A DNA stretch of 50,781 bases, from IMG/VR virus record IMGVR_UViG_3300033075_000810. The stretch is one strand, 5' to 3'. Source of the stretch: a virus. Below are positions 1 through 8,860 of this stretch, piece by piece. Both the position numbers and the translations under genes were made by a program. A model generated the notes under the pieces. That model was not told where the DNA came from. It was given only the letters and a program-made list of their open reading frames with translations, and searched no databases. Position 1 is the first letter of the stretch; every line of letters begins with the position of its first letter.

Positions 1-597
1 ATGCCAGAGCATCTCGATCACCTTAGGCTTATCCCTTAGGATGTCGAACAGCCAGGATTCGATCAGCTTGCCCGTCTTGATGAACTCCTGGGGCAGGAAC
101 ACCTCGTACAGCGTGTCCACGTCGGCCCCGAACACCTGGCAGTCCAGTTCGCGGTCGTGGCCCCAGTGCCGCCCGATGTAGACGGCCCCGGCGTCACGCA
201 TCTTCCTGATCGAGTCCTTCACCATATAGGGGTCATCGAAAAGGATGTCCTCGGCGGACCAGAACAGGCTCTTGTAGCCCTTCACCTTGGCGTACTCGAC
301 CGCACCACGGATGGCGAAAGCCTGGCCGGCCTGGTGGCCGCAGTTGTCCCTCATCGAGATCACGTCGGCCAGGTTGTACACCTGCCAGACGTGGTAGCGT
401 TCCTCGTCGTTGACGATGTCCATCACGCTGAAGCGGTTGGCACTCACAAGGACATCGAACTCGCCGTCCGGGTTCACGTTCTTGATCGCCTCGATCAGCA
501 TCTGCTGGTGGGGGATCTGGGGGATGTGCCCCTCACGCATTTTGTGGTGGTCGCCGGTGTAGGCCAGGGCGATCAGAGTCTCGTTCTTGGGTGCCAT
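1..597 (-). CDS. hypothetical protein (C-terminus lies beyond window start)
   Basis: Reverse-complement of 1..597 reads MAPKNETLIALAYTGDHHKMREGH... with no stop before the window edge. Listed ORF 157..642(+) is its antisense. ATG at 597..595. Confidence 0.5.
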   Translation of the reverse strand, partial: MAPKNETLIALAYTGDHHKMREGHIPQIPHQQMLIEAIKNVNPDGEFDVLVSANRFSVMDIVNDEERYHVWQVYNLADVISMRDNCGHQAGQAFAIRGAVEYAKVKGYKSLFWSAEDILFDDPYMVKDSIRKMRDAGAVYIGRHWGHDRELDCQVFGADVDTLYEVFLPQEFIKTGKLIESWLFDILRDKPKVIEMLWH

Positions 598-612
598 ACC
601 CCTATTGTAGGG

Positions 613-640
613 TTGACAACGCTGGCTGCTTCCCTAATCT
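613..640 (+). promoter_or_regulatory. sigma70-like promoter (-35 TTGACA 613-618, 16-nt spacer, -10 TAATCT 635-640)
   Basis: Consensus -35, canonical spacing, TAnnnT -10, then AAGGAG 8 nt before ATG 665. Lies in the divergent intergenic region 598..664. Confidence 0.45.
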
Positions 641-664
641 GACTCTGTACCCAAGGAGAACCAG

Positions 665-1063
665 ATGTCCCAGAACAAGATTTGCTCGATCATGCCGTAC
701 AAGTTCGGCAACTCATGGGTCTTCGATGACCCCCAGCGGGGCCTCAAGCGGGAGGGCCTGGTCGGCGGCGTGCCGGCCATCATCGTCGCGGCGTGCCAGA
801 AGTTCGGGATCAAGCGGCCCGAGCTAGGCGTCACCTTCCTCTTCTCCGACGAGCCGTTCCCCGACGCCAACGTCGTGCTGACCAAGGTCGGCCCCGATGG
901 GTCCGGCACGATCTACCAGTGGGATGGGACCGAGATGAAAGGCTGGCTCTGTGCCAACCTGAGGCTCTACTTCCACCCGCCGCCCGAGAAGATTTACGTC
1001 AGCCTCCAGCAGGTCCAGCACTCGTACTGGACCCAGCTAGGCGGCTGGATCAACGGTTACTGA
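665..1063 (+). CDS. hypothetical protein
   Basis: 132-aa ORF with AAGGAG SD upstream. Plus strand, divergent from gene 1..597. Confidence 0.55.
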   Translation: MSQNKICSIMPYKFGNSWVFDDPQRGLKREGLVGGVPAIIVAACQKFGIKRPELGVTFLFSDEPFPDANVVLTKVGPDGSGTIYQWDGTEMKGWLCANLRLYFHPPPEKIYVSLQQVQHSYWTQLGGWINGY

Positions 1064-1077
1064 TGCCTACATAGGGC

Positions 1078-1425
1078 ATGAGATTCAAGACCTGGCTGGA
1101 GATGGCCGACGAACTTCGTGCCGCCTGGCAGCACACCAAAGAAAACCAAGGCGTCTGCCAGTTCAACCCGAGCATGGGTTGCCATGATTTCGCCATCGAG
1201 TTGAAAAAGAAACTCGACGGGGCGAAAACCATGACCGTCGCCATCTCCCACAGGGGGCATGAGTCTTATGCCCAGCACTCCTTCGTAGAGTATGGCAATC
1301 GGTACATCGACGCTTCAGGGTTCTATCGATCTCCAGAAGAGCTTGTGAAGAACTACTGTGCCGTCAGCCGCATCCCCTACGACAGGAGTGCGTGGTCAAT
1401 CGTCAACGTCGATGACCTCGATTAG
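1078..1425 (+). CDS. hypothetical protein (N-term MRFKTWLEM motif)
   Basis: 115-aa ORF. N-terminus carries the recurring F-K-x-W-L-E motif. Confidence 0.5.
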   Translation: MRFKTWLEMADELRAAWQHTKENQGVCQFNPSMGCHDFAIELKKKLDGAKTMTVAISHRGHESYAQHSFVEYGNRYIDASGFYRSPEELVKNYCAVSRIPYDRSAWSIVNVDDLD

Positions 1426-2246
1426 GCCACCGAAGGCTGCTTGCCGGGCTTCACCCTGTCCGGCTTGCCTAATCTCGGCTGCTGCCAGTTGGAGGTCATA
1501 CCCGACAGGGAACCTATCTTCTGGGCCAGGTCACCCCTAACCCACTTCGTGCCGCTGTTGGTCTGATACCCCAGCGACCCTAGGGTCTTCTTGGCGAGGA
1601 CGGCGTAGTTCCTTTGGAGCTTGTCGTCCACCGGATGCCACAGGACCACTTCCGGCTGCAACACCTGGGCGAACTGACACAGAGTCCCGAATACCGTCGT
1701 CAGCGTCGTCAGGGGCTTGCCCATCTCTGTCCTGGCGAAGTTCTCGCCCTGGTTCACCCTTGCAACCGGGTCCAGGCCCAGACGATTCCTCACTTTGCCC
1801 ACGAAGCCGGTCGCCGGTTTGATCCTATTCCCGCTGCCCCGCTCCGCGTTGAAGCGAACGTCATAGACGTTGACGCCCTTAAAAGGACTGAGGCCGTAAG
1901 TGTCCCCTGACTCCACGCGGTGGACGAAGGCGGCATAGAACGGCTGGCCCTCGATTGCAAAGTAGGCCATGTAACTCATGTGCCTGCCAGGTGCCGGCGG
2001 ACCCGGCTCCCAGGTCGTATCCTGTGGTGCCCCGCAAGTGACATCGAAGATTTCGTTGAGGATCTCCTCGCTCAGGGCCGGATCTCTCAGTTGCAGGTAT
2101 TCGGTGAACTTCATGCCGGTATCTACGGCATCCTGGCGATGTCTTCTGGCATCCAAGTGCCGCGTGGGGGAGTCGAACCCCTCCTGCCAGGTGTGAAAGA
2201 CCTGTGGCCTCACCGGAAGCACTAACGCGGCGTAAGAGTACCGCAT
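1422..2246 (-). CDS. hypothetical protein
   Basis: 274-aa ORF. True start may be the internal MKFTEYL at 2114. Confidence 0.45.
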   Translation of the reverse strand: MRYSYAALVLPVRPQVFHTWQEGFDSPTRHLDARRHRQDAVDTGMKFTEYLQLRDPALSEEILNEIFDVTCGAPQDTTWEPGPPAPGRHMSYMAYFAIEGQPFYAAFVHRVESGDTYGLSPFKGVNVYDVRFNAERGSGNRIKPATGFVGKVRNRLGLDPVARVNQGENFARTEMGKPLTTLTTVFGTLCQFAQVLQPEVVLWHPVDDKLQRNYAVLAKKTLGSLGYQTNSGTKWVRGDLAQKIGSLSGMTSNWQQPRLGKPDRVKPGKQPSVA

Positions 2247-2315
2247 AGGGGTTACGCTCCCCTCTGTCCTGGGTGAAGGCCAGGTGACCTCACTAGAAGT
2301 CTAATGCGGCGTCAG

Positions 2316-2386
2316 TGGAGCTTAGGGGAATCGAACCCCTATCCCAACCTTGCAAAGGTCGTATCTTCCCGTTAGACGAAAGCCCC
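2316..2386 (-). tRNA. tRNA-Ala(TGC)
   Basis: Hand-folded cloverleaf GGGGCUU..AAGCUCC-A. G3:U70 Ala identity pair. Anticodon loop UUUGCAA. T-loop TTCGATT. Confidence 0.8.
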
Positions 2387-2722
2387 GTCATCATGGTGAA
2401 GTATCCTGTGGCAGTTGGCACAGAGTACTTCGCACTTTTCTATCTCCCTGAGTATCCTAGCCTTGGAGTGACCAAAGCTAACCATCTCTGAGACACACCC
2501 CTCTTTCAGAGTCTCGTCTCTGTGATGGAAGTCGAGTGCGGCTGGGTGGGAGAAAGAACACCTCTGGCACTTGAGAGACTTCTTCAATTCAAAGAACCAA
2601 CTCCTCAGTTCCTTCCTTCGTTCAGCAGTTCTTGCGATCAGCCGTTCTTTGTTCTGCTTGTACCAAACAGCCTTGTAGGTCTTGTTGTAGGCTGCCGCTG
2701 TTTCTTTGTCTTTGAAGGCCAT
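2372..2722 (-). CDS. HNH endonuclease (paralog 1)
   Basis: CxxC...DFHH...CANCHRILH HNH motif. 3' end overlaps the 5' end of tRNA-Ala by 15 nt. Confidence 0.8.
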   Translation of the reverse strand: MAFKDKETAAAYNKTYKAVWYKQNKERLIARTAERRKELRSWFFELKKSLKCQRCSFSHPAALDFHHRDETLKEGCVSEMVSFGHSKARILREIEKCEVLCANCHRILHHDDGAFV

Positions 2723-2766
2723 GCCCTAACAGAGCGTTGCATCCTTGGTTTTTGTTGCAAGCCCCG

Positions 2767-3063
2767 TCAAACCTGACCAAGCATCATCTCAAGGCTCTTG
2801 ACCTGCATCCAGACCTCGGGGTCTTGGTGCAGCTTCAGCATGTTCAAGAGCTTCCTGAGCCTCTTCTGGGCGTCCCGGCTCAGGTAGCCGCTTCGCACCA
2901 CCTTGGTCAGGTAGGTGAGCTTGGCGGTCATCTCGTTGGGCGAGAGCATCTGGTGCTGGCCCGCGATCTGGTCGATCACACGGCCAGCGATCCCGTCCGG
3001 GTCGCCGCCCAGCCATCCCTCGTCCTGCTCCATCAGGAGCAGCATGTCGTAGAACTCGCCCAT
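2767..3063 (-). CDS. hypothetical protein
   Basis: 98-aa ORF in the operon orientation. Confidence 0.4.
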   Translation of the reverse strand: MGEFYDMLLLMEQDEGWLGGDPDGIAGRVIDQIAGQHQMLSPNEMTAKLTYLTKVVRSGYLSRDAQKRLRKLLNMLKLHQDPEVWMQVKSLEMMLGQV

Positions 3064-3079
3064 GACCTTATGTAGTAGC

Positions 3080-4003
3080 TTACCTACACCTCTTCTCGCG
3101 GCGGACCATCCACTCGCGGAAGCTCTCGGCAGCCACCAGCGGCTCCGCGAAGTTCACCTTGCCGAGGCCGATCTGGCTCACCATGCCCATCGTGTCGCCC
3201 GTCTGGGGCATGAAGTCACGCGGAGGAGCGTTCACGACCGGCTGGTTGTTGGCCTGCATCTGGCTGACCGCCCAGGCCATGTACTCACCGGCTGCCTGCC
3301 GGATGTCACCGTTCTGCTTGATCCGGTCCCACGTCGCGTTGCCCTGGGCCGCTTCAAACGCCTGGACCGCCTGGTCCGAGGCCGTCTTGGCAACGTACTC
3401 GGCAACCACCTGGGGGTTCGTGTTCAGCAGGTTGACGCCCTTGGCCGCAGACTGGGGGACGTTGCCCTTGATGCCCGCGATTGCCATCTGGGTGACCTTC
3501 AGGGCCTGCATCGGGTCCGTCAGGCTCACCAGATCGATGGCGTCGATCATGCCCTCGGGGTTGAGGCAGAAAATCTGGCTCCAGCGGTGGTGACCGTCAA
3601 TGATGAAGGAGCCGCCGCCCGTCAAGATACTGCCGATGTTGTAGTAGCCCGTCTCGATGATCGGCTTGATCATCCCGACGTACTTGGTGATCGGGTTCTT
3701 CAGCGAGTTCTCAAAGCCGATCTCGTTCTGGGTCGGCTTGAGCCGCGTCACCGGGATGCGTACCTTGCGGACCTGCACCTTGTCGTCGCTCGGGTCGCCG
3801 TCGAGGAGGCCCGACATGATCAGCTTGCGGATCTTCGGGTCGTTGACGTTCTGCTGAAGCTCGCCCACGAAAGTCTGGTAGTCCCTCTCGTTGAAGATGG
3901 ACTTCAACCTCTGAGCGGCCTCCCCGTATTCTGCGGAGTTGACAGCCGCATAGGGATCGCGTGGGTCCTTCGACTCCATGAAGGTCTTGAAGGATGTGAT
4001 CAT
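3080..4003 (-). CDS. ParB/Srx-like nuclease domain protein
   Basis: IIDGHHRW motif typical of the ParB N-terminal domain. N-term MITSFKTFMES motif. Confidence 0.55.
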   Translation of the reverse strand: MITSFKTFMESKDPRDPYAAVNSAEYGEAAQRLKSIFNERDYQTFVGELQQNVNDPKIRKLIMSGLLDGDPSDDKVQVRKVRIPVTRLKPTQNEIGFENSLKNPITKYVGMIKPIIETGYYNIGSILTGGGSFIIDGHHRWSQIFCLNPEGMIDAIDLVSLTDPMQALKVTQMAIAGIKGNVPQSAAKGVNLLNTNPQVVAEYVAKTASDQAVQAFEAAQGNATWDRIKQNGDIRQAAGEYMAWAVSQMQANNQPVVNAPPRDFMPQTGDTMGMVSQIGLGKVNFAEPLVAAESFREWMVRREKRCR

Positions 4004-4419
4004 GCCGTATGTAGGCTAGACATCCCTTTGCTGTTGCCGATTGTGGTGTGGAAGCATTTCACGAACCCCTCAGGGGGCAGCGTGTACTGGCTGCTCACCG
4101 GCAGCCCTAGCTCCACCCGGATCTCCTCCAGGCGGACGCAGAACACGTTCAGCCACCAGTAGACCGTGCCACGCTTGATCTCGCTGTCGTAGACGAACTC
4201 GATCTCCTCGCCCTCGTACTTGCCCCAGGCGTCCGGGTTCGCCGGCGTCTCCTTGCGGACGACGCTGACGTGGGCACCGTACCTCTGGCGGTTCACATGG
4301 TAGTACTTGGGGATCAGGCTGCGGTAGTAGTCCGCCAAGTCCTGCTCGATCTCCAGCACCAACTTGTGGCCGTATTCGGCCACCCCGTATCGGAGGATGC
4401 CGGCTGCTTTGTAGAGCAT
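4000..4419 (-). CDS. 2H phosphoesterase-like protein (LigT/CPDase family candidate)
   Basis: Two H-x-T/S-x motifs (AHVSVV, FHTTIG) in a 139-aa protein. ATGA overlap with the downstream gene. Confidence 0.4.
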   Translation of the reverse strand: MLYKAAGILRYGVAEYGHKLVLEIEQDLADYYRSLIPKYYHVNRQRYGAHVSVVRKETPANPDAWGKYEGEEIEFVYDSEIKRGTVYWWLNVFCVRLEEIRVELGLPVSSQYTLPPEGFVKCFHTTIGNSKGMSSLHTA

Positions 4420-4438
4420 TGGTCATCTCCTCGTTCAG

Positions 4439-4511
4439 AGGCTGGGGTGGGAATCGAACCCACGTCGGGCACTTTAACAGAGTGCTGCTCGGCCTTCTGA
4501 GCTACCCAGCC
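4439..4511 (-). tRNA. tRNA-Asn(GTT)
   Basis: Cloverleaf GGCUGGG..CCCAGCC-U. Anticodon loop CUGUUAA. T-loop TTCGATT. Confidence 0.8.
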
Positions 4512-4842
4512 AGATTTCATCCTCGACCTCAAAGTGACAGTTGGCACAAAGTAAGTCACACTTCTCGGCCTCTGCCACACACTTCGCCCACGACTTGCAG
4601 TCGCCGCTGCCGATCCCGAATGTCTTCTGACCACGGTCCTTGTGGTGGAACTGCAAAGCCTTCTTGCACTTGTCGTAGCCGCACCTCTGGCACTTGCCGC
4701 CGAAGTGTTCGACCAGCCGAGCCTTGAGCCGCCTACGCGACTCGGACACCTTCTCGACATTGCACCTCTTGCACTTCAGGTGTCCTTCCTTGGTATGGTA
4801 ACCCTCGGTCAGTCCGTGGTGCTTGCAGTTCTTGGTGAGCAT
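4474..4842 (-). CDS. HNH endonuclease (paralog 2)
   Basis: Zn-ribbon CxxC pairs plus FHHKD...CANCH. 3' end overlaps tRNA-Asn by 38 nt. Confidence 0.8.
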   Translation of the reverse strand: MLTKNCKHHGLTEGYHTKEGHLKCKRCNVEKVSESRRRLKARLVEHFGGKCQRCGYDKCKKALQFHHKDRGQKTFGIGSGDCKSWAKCVAEAEKCDLLCANCHFEVEDEIWLGSSEGRAALC

Positions 4843-4920
4843 AGCCTAGTAGAGCTATGCTGCATCAACTTCGACATAGTTGCGTGCTAACCGTTACACT
4901 ACAAGTCCATTCTACTTCAC

Positions 4921-5472
4921 TTAGCCGCCGCCGGGCAACTTGACTCCCAGGCGGTTTGCGGCCTGCATGACCACCGTCTGGTGCTGTTCAGGAGGCACGT
5001 CCCTCAGGATTTCGGCCACCTTCTCGGCACCCGGCTTCAGGCCGCTCTCACCCATGCCCAGGTAGGGCTTCAGGGCGTTCACCAGCCGCTCCAGGGCCGA
5101 CATCAGCATCTCGGCGTCAATCGTCTCCATCGGCCAGGCGTTGGTGCCGGCGTCCCAGCCCTCCTTGCCCATCTGCCACGCCTTCTTGACCGAGTTGATC
5201 GCCATGCCCACCAGGGCACCGAAGGGGCCGTTCTCGCGGCCCGACCAGTCACGACGCTTGGGGTCGTCCTTGCTCACCACGCCGCCGACTCCGGTCGCAG
5301 CACCCCAGCCGGCCCCCAGGACCGCACCCAGCAGGGCACCGGCCACGCCCAGCGTGCCGTTGATGCCGACGCCCAGCGAGAAGCTCAGAGGCCCCTCGGA
5401 GACGGGCTTCTTGGTCTTCGACTCAAAGAAGGAACCGTGACGCTGTTCCATCCACTCCCTGAAGTTCATCAT
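4921..5472 (-). CDS. glycine-rich hypothetical protein
   Basis: ORF 4921..5514 trimmed to the MMNFREWMEQ start, because tRNA-Gly occupies 5507+. Gly/Ala-rich hydrophobic core. Confidence 0.45.
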   Translation of the reverse strand: MMNFREWMEQRHGSFFESKTKKPVSEGPLSFSLGVGINGTLGVAGALLGAVLGAGWGAATGVGGVVSKDDPKRRDWSGRENGPFGALVGMAINSVKKAWQMGKEGWDAGTNAWPMETIDAEMLMSALERLVNALKPYLGMGESGLKPGAEKVAEILRDVPPEQHQTVVMQAANRLGVKLPGGG

Positions 5473-5506
5473 GCTCCTAGTTAGGAGTGGCGGTCGCTGT
5501 TTTGAG

Positions 5507-5581
5507 TGCGGCATGAGAGAATCGAACTCTCACCTTCTCGTTGGCAACGAGACGTGCAGGGGACCACTACACCAATGCCGC
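5507..5581 (-). tRNA. tRNA-Gly(GCC)
   Basis: Cloverleaf GCGGCAU..AUGCCGC-A. Anticodon loop UUGCCAA. 11-nt D-loop. Confidence 0.75.
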
Positions 5582-5700
5582 GTGTGAGAGAGCTTGCAGT
5601 AGCCTAAGTCGCGTTGCTCTGCCTTCCGCCGGTTGCCCGGCCCCCTAGCCCTCATCGGAGTGCTGCCCCGCCAGCCACGACGCCAACGGGACCATTCGCC

Positions 5701-6000
5701 TCAATCTTCTGAGTGGTTCTTCCTGTGGCAGTTCGCACACAGGATTACGCACTTCGCTATCTCTTCCTTCAGCCTCTTTAGGCCCCAGTTTCTCGCCGCC
5801 CTGGATATCGCCATCACCTTGTCAGCTTCATGGTGGAAGTCGAGACACCTTGGATGGTTCTCTGGGCAGTTCTGGCACTTGAGTGTGCCCTTCAGGCTGT
5901 CGATGTATTCCCTGTTCTTAGCCCGCTTTCGCCTCTGGGCCTCAGCGTACTTGTCCTTGTTTCGCTGATAGTACTCTTGGTGCCACTTCTTGTCCTTCAT
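5701..6000 (-). CDS. HNH endonuclease (paralog 3)
   Basis: CQNCPENHPRCLDFHHEADK...CANCHRKNH. Confidence 0.8.
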   Translation of the reverse strand: MKDKKWHQEYYQRNKDKYAEAQRRKRAKNREYIDSLKGTLKCQNCPENHPRCLDFHHEADKVMAISRAARNWGLKRLKEEIAKCVILCANCHRKNHSED

Positions 6001-6042
6001 GGACTAAGATAGTAGTTCAAGTCCCATCTTGGGATTAAAACG

Positions 6043-6124
6043 TCCTCCACCGGGGACTTGAACCCCGAATGCCTTTCGGCGTCCCGTTAAGAGCGGGGGG
6101 CTGTGCCACTACAGCTTGTGGAGG
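6043..6124 (-). tRNA. atypical tRNA-like (CTT anticodon loop, 82 nt, extended variable region)
   Basis: Good acceptor, D-arm and T-arm (CGGGG-TTCAAGT-CCCCG). Anticodon loop CUCUUAA with a 27:43 mismatch. 14-nt variable region forming a GCC-GAAA-GGC hairpin. Confidence 0.45.
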
Positions 6125-6602
6125 TCAATCTGACATATCCTCTCGTCCGATTCGCCAGCGACTCAAGGGGGCCAAGGTCCAACCTTCTGGGGTCTTCTAC
6201 AATCAGCAGCCCTGCATGGACTTTCCGGTGACAGTTGCTGCAAAGCACTTCGCACTTCTCAGCCTCGGCCAGGATCTTGGGCAGAGCATACACACAACGT
6301 GCCAGGATGAACTCTTTGTCCTCGCCATCGATATGGTGCATGTCTAAACAAACAGAGCATCGCTCATCGCAAAATCTACACCCCGCCGAGGTTTTAATTG
6401 CATTCAGGGCTTCCGCGATTCGTTTTTGCCTGGATGCGGCCCTTTTGCCGTGCCTATCCTTCTGCTTGGTGGCATGGTAGTAAGCCTTGGCCTGCTCCCT
6501 GTTGCAGATAATGCACTTCGCCTGAAGCCCATCTGAGCGACTTCGACAGACCCCGAACTCACTCAGAGGTTTGTCCTGCTTGCACTTGTTGCACTTCTTC
6601 AT
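6087..6602 (-). CDS. HNH endonuclease (paralog 4)
   Basis: Start moved to MKKCNKCKQDKPL because tRNA-Lys occupies 6636-6706. CxxC...DMHHIDGEDKEF...CSNCHRKVH. 3' tail overlaps the tRNA-like gene by 38 nt. Confidence 0.7.
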   Translation of the reverse strand: MKKCNKCKQDKPLSEFGVCRSRSDGLQAKCIICNREQAKAYYHATKQKDRHGKRAASRQKRIAEALNAIKTSAGCRFCDERCSVCLDMHHIDGEDKEFILARCVYALPKILAEAEKCEVLCSNCHRKVHAGLLIVEDPRRLDLGPLESLANRTRGYVRLTSTSCSGTAPRS

Positions 6603-6635
6603 GGTGTTAAGAGAGTGATGTGCATTCGATTTCAG

Positions 6636-6706
6636 TGGGACCGGAGGGAATCGAACCCTCATAGGGCGGATTAAGAGTCCGCTGCATTCCAATCTGCCAC
6701 GATCCC
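6636..6706 (-). tRNA. tRNA-Lys(CTT)
   Basis: Cloverleaf GGGAUCG..CGGUCCC-A. Anticodon stem GCGGA/UCCGC. Loop CUCUUAA. T-loop TTCGATT. Confidence 0.75.
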
Positions 6707-6708
6707 AG

Positions 6709-7104
6709 TCATGTTGTCATCGGGGCTGGGCCGGACATCGAGTCGCCGGCGTTCTGGTAGGCCCCCGTCTCCTGCTCGGCGTCGATCCTCTGGATGCCCT
6801 CGTAGGGGGCCGAACTGTAGGCCAGAACCTTCTTCCGCCCCGTCGCGTCGTGCTGCACCGAGAAGGTGTCCAACCTGCTGCTGGTGATGACACCGGGGCC
6901 GTCCTTCGTGTTCACCCTGACGCCGACCAATTCCCTGAAACTGGAGACGCCCATCAGGCGGTTGAACCTCTCGCGGGCACGCTTCTTCCAGCCCAGCGAC
7001 CTCAGGTTGGCCCTGTCCGCCTCGGAGGGTGTCGGCTGGGCTACTGGCGTCTCAAGGCCCTCTCGGAGGACCATCCACTCGGTGAACGTCTTGTACTGGC
7101 TCAT
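6709..7104 (-). CDS. hypothetical protein (N-term KTFTEWMVLRE motif)
   Basis: 131-aa ORF. Confidence 0.5.
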   Translation of the reverse strand: MSQYKTFTEWMVLREGLETPVAQPTPSEADRANLRSLGWKKRARERFNRLMGVSSFRELVGVRVNTKDGPGVITSSRLDTFSVQHDATGRKKVLAYSSAPYEGIQRIDAEQETGAYQNAGDSMSGPAPMTT

Positions 7105-7112
7105 GCCAGTAT

Positions 7113-7397
7113 CTATGACCCGCCGCCCGTCTCTTTGAAGTACTCTGCCTTCTCGGCCTCGCTCATGTTGGCGACGAACTCCTTGTGTTCGACGTGCGGG
7201 TCGGTCTGGCGTTTGATCATCCTCAGCAGGTCGGGTTCGACCTTCGTCCAGCGGGTCGTCTCCCTCCCCTGGGGCGTCCTGAACACGAAGCCCAGGTGGT
7301 CCTCTCTGCCGGGGTCCAACTTGAGCATGAGGCCGAAGACCTCAGTCGTGAACACCTGCGGCTTCCGCTTCTTCTGCGGCTGTCTCTGTTGTGCCAT
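7113..7397 (-). CDS. hypothetical protein
   Basis: 94-aa ORF, basic N-terminus. Confidence 0.4.
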   Translation of the reverse strand: MAQQRQPQKKRKPQVFTTEVFGLMLKLDPGREDHLGFVFRTPQGRETTRWTKVEPDLLRMIKRQTDPHVEHKEFVANMSEAEKAEYFKETGGGS

Positions 7398-7680
7398 CGG
7401 CCTGACCCCATTCGTAGCCTTGCATGAACTGTCGGGCTGCTTCCCCCTGGATCTCGCCCACTTTCTGATTGTGTTCGCACCAGCAGTTCTTGAGCAGCAG
7501 GTGGAAGGCCCCGTCGTCGGGGTTGCTGCACTCCCTGAAGATCGAGATGCTGGCCCCGCAGTCGTAGAAGCTCCTGAGGCCGACCTTCATGTGGGTGCCG
7601 GGCAGGGCGTGCCCGCCGATCCACCTGGCCCCACAGCAGAGGCACGTCTCAGGAACCTTGGGCGTCAGGTAGTTCATCAT
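7342..7680 (-). CDS. hypothetical Cys-containing protein
   Basis: ORF 7342..7848 trimmed to MMNYLTPKVPETCLCCGARW. ATGA overlap with the upstream gene. Confidence 0.45.
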   Translation of the reverse strand: MMNYLTPKVPETCLCCGARWIGGHALPGTHMKVGLRSFYDCGASISIFRECSNPDDGAFHLLLKNCWCEHNQKVGEIQGEAARQFMQGYEWGQADGTTETAAEEAEAAGVHD

Positions 7681-7991
7681 CGGTCCCAGTAGTCCGTGGA
7701 AACGTGCTGCCTGGTCAGGCCCATCGTCACCAAGTGCCCGCAGCCGTCCAGTGGGCAACGGATGCTGAGGTAGTCGCCGTCGCGTGGGTCCGAGTTGTAG
7801 TCGGCCTCGCCCTGCTTGAACCTGAACCGCGTGTGGCAGTGGCCGCACGACGCCTCGTAAACCTTCTCGCTGGGCAACTGGCCCTTCCTGATGATCTCGA
7901 CCACGGCGTCACCTCCTGTAAGCTGCCTGTCAGGGCAACTGAATCTTTCCGGCGTGCAGCTTCCTGTGGCAGTTAGAACAAACGCATGCAC
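7677..7991 (-). CDS. hypothetical Zn-ribbon protein
   Basis: CGHCH...CPLDGCGH motifs. Start uncertain, since 62 nt would overlap the HNH tail. Confidence 0.4.
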   Translation of the reverse strand: MHAFVLTATGSCTPERFSCPDRQLTGGDAVVEIIRKGQLPSEKVYEASCGHCHTRFRFKQGEADYNSDPRDGDYLSIRCPLDGCGHLVTMGLTRQHVSTDYWDR

Positions 7992-8343
7992 ATTTGGCTA
8001 TCTCCTCAAGGATGCGGTCCCAACTGTACCCCATGCTTGCCACCCTGCCAATCTCAAAATCCTTGCCATCGGGGTCAAGGTGGTGAAACTCAAGACAGCA
8101 GGGTTCGCTTTCTGGACACAGGGCACACTTGCACCCCATCTTGAAGTCCCTAAGCATCTCCTGCAACTGCTTCCTATGAAGTCTATTCCTCTGCCGTATG
8201 TCCTGGCAGTTTTTCAGGTAGTTGTCCCGACTCAGCTTGCTGCTGCAAACCCTACACTTGGTTTGTAGTCCATCTCTCCTCTTGGCGTCCTTGTTGAAGT
8301 CTTCAGCCGGCTTCTCGATCTGGCACACCGAACATTTCTTCAT
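7930..8343 (-). CDS. HNH endonuclease (paralog 5)
   Basis: CSVCQ...CRVC Zn ribbon. CLEFHHLDPDGKDF...CSNCHRKLH. Confidence 0.8.
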   Translation of the reverse strand: MKKCSVCQIEKPAEDFNKDAKRRDGLQTKCRVCSSKLSRDNYLKNCQDIRQRNRLHRKQLQEMLRDFKMGCKCALCPESEPCCLEFHHLDPDGKDFEIGRVASMGYSWDRILEEIAKCACVCSNCHRKLHAGKIQLP

Positions 8344-8378
8344 GCTCTAGCGTAGTCTGACTATGTCAATTTTCAGAA

Positions 8379-8449
8379 CTGCCGACCAGGGAATCGAACC
8401 CCGGTTTCTTCGTTCAGAGCGAAGCGTCTTACCATTAGACGAGTCGGCA
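8379..8449 (-). tRNA. tRNA-Gln(CTG)
   Basis: U1:A72 and G73 (Gln-type). Anticodon loop CUCUGAA. Perfect stems. Confidence 0.75.
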
Positions 8450-8453
8450 AAAA

Positions 8454-8524
8454 CTGCGGGACTAGGAATCGAACCTAGACCAAGAGGGTCAGAGTCTCTT
8501 GTGCTACCACTACACCATCCCGCA
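8454..8524 (-). tRNA. tRNA-Gln(CTG)-like (second copy, divergent sequence)
   Basis: U1:A72, G73. Anticodon loop CUCUGAC with A31:C39 mismatch. Separated from the previous tRNA by 4 nt. Confidence 0.6.
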
Positions 8525-8593
8525 TCGGTTACGCATCGTTGATCAATAGGTAGATCAACACCGCCCCGATCACGATCAGCAGGTCCGCTTCCA

Positions 8594-8860
8594 TCAGTCG
8601 CCCTCTGGCTTGGGTCCGAACATCTGCTCGACCGCCGCCGGAAACTTCGCCCTGAAAGCCTCCAGGGCACCCCTCATGTACTCCAGCAGGGTCCGCACTT
8701 GCAGGCCCTCGGAGGCTCGCAGCTTCATGCCGCCGTCGCCGGCGGCGTGGTTGTTGTACTCGCCCTTGCCGTACATGATCACGCCCTTGAAGGACTTCCG
8801 GCTCATCAGTTCGTTGACCAACTCGTCGTTGGTCATGAACTCAGGGTCCAGCTTACTCAT
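8594..8860 (-). CDS. hypothetical protein
   Basis: 88-aa ORF. Confidence 0.4.
   Translation of the reverse strand: MSKLDPEFMTNDELVNELMSRKSFKGVIMYGKGEYNNHAAGDGGMKLRASEGLQVRTLLEYMRGALEAFRAKFPAAVEQMFGPKPEGD

Noticed and set aside
157-642. 161-aa plus-strand ORF
   Set aside because: It is antisense to a better minus-strand gene (1..597) that reads through the window edge. Low-complexity Val/Asp/His composition.
8347-8670. 107-aa ORF
   Set aside because: Lies across two well-formed tRNA-Gln genes.
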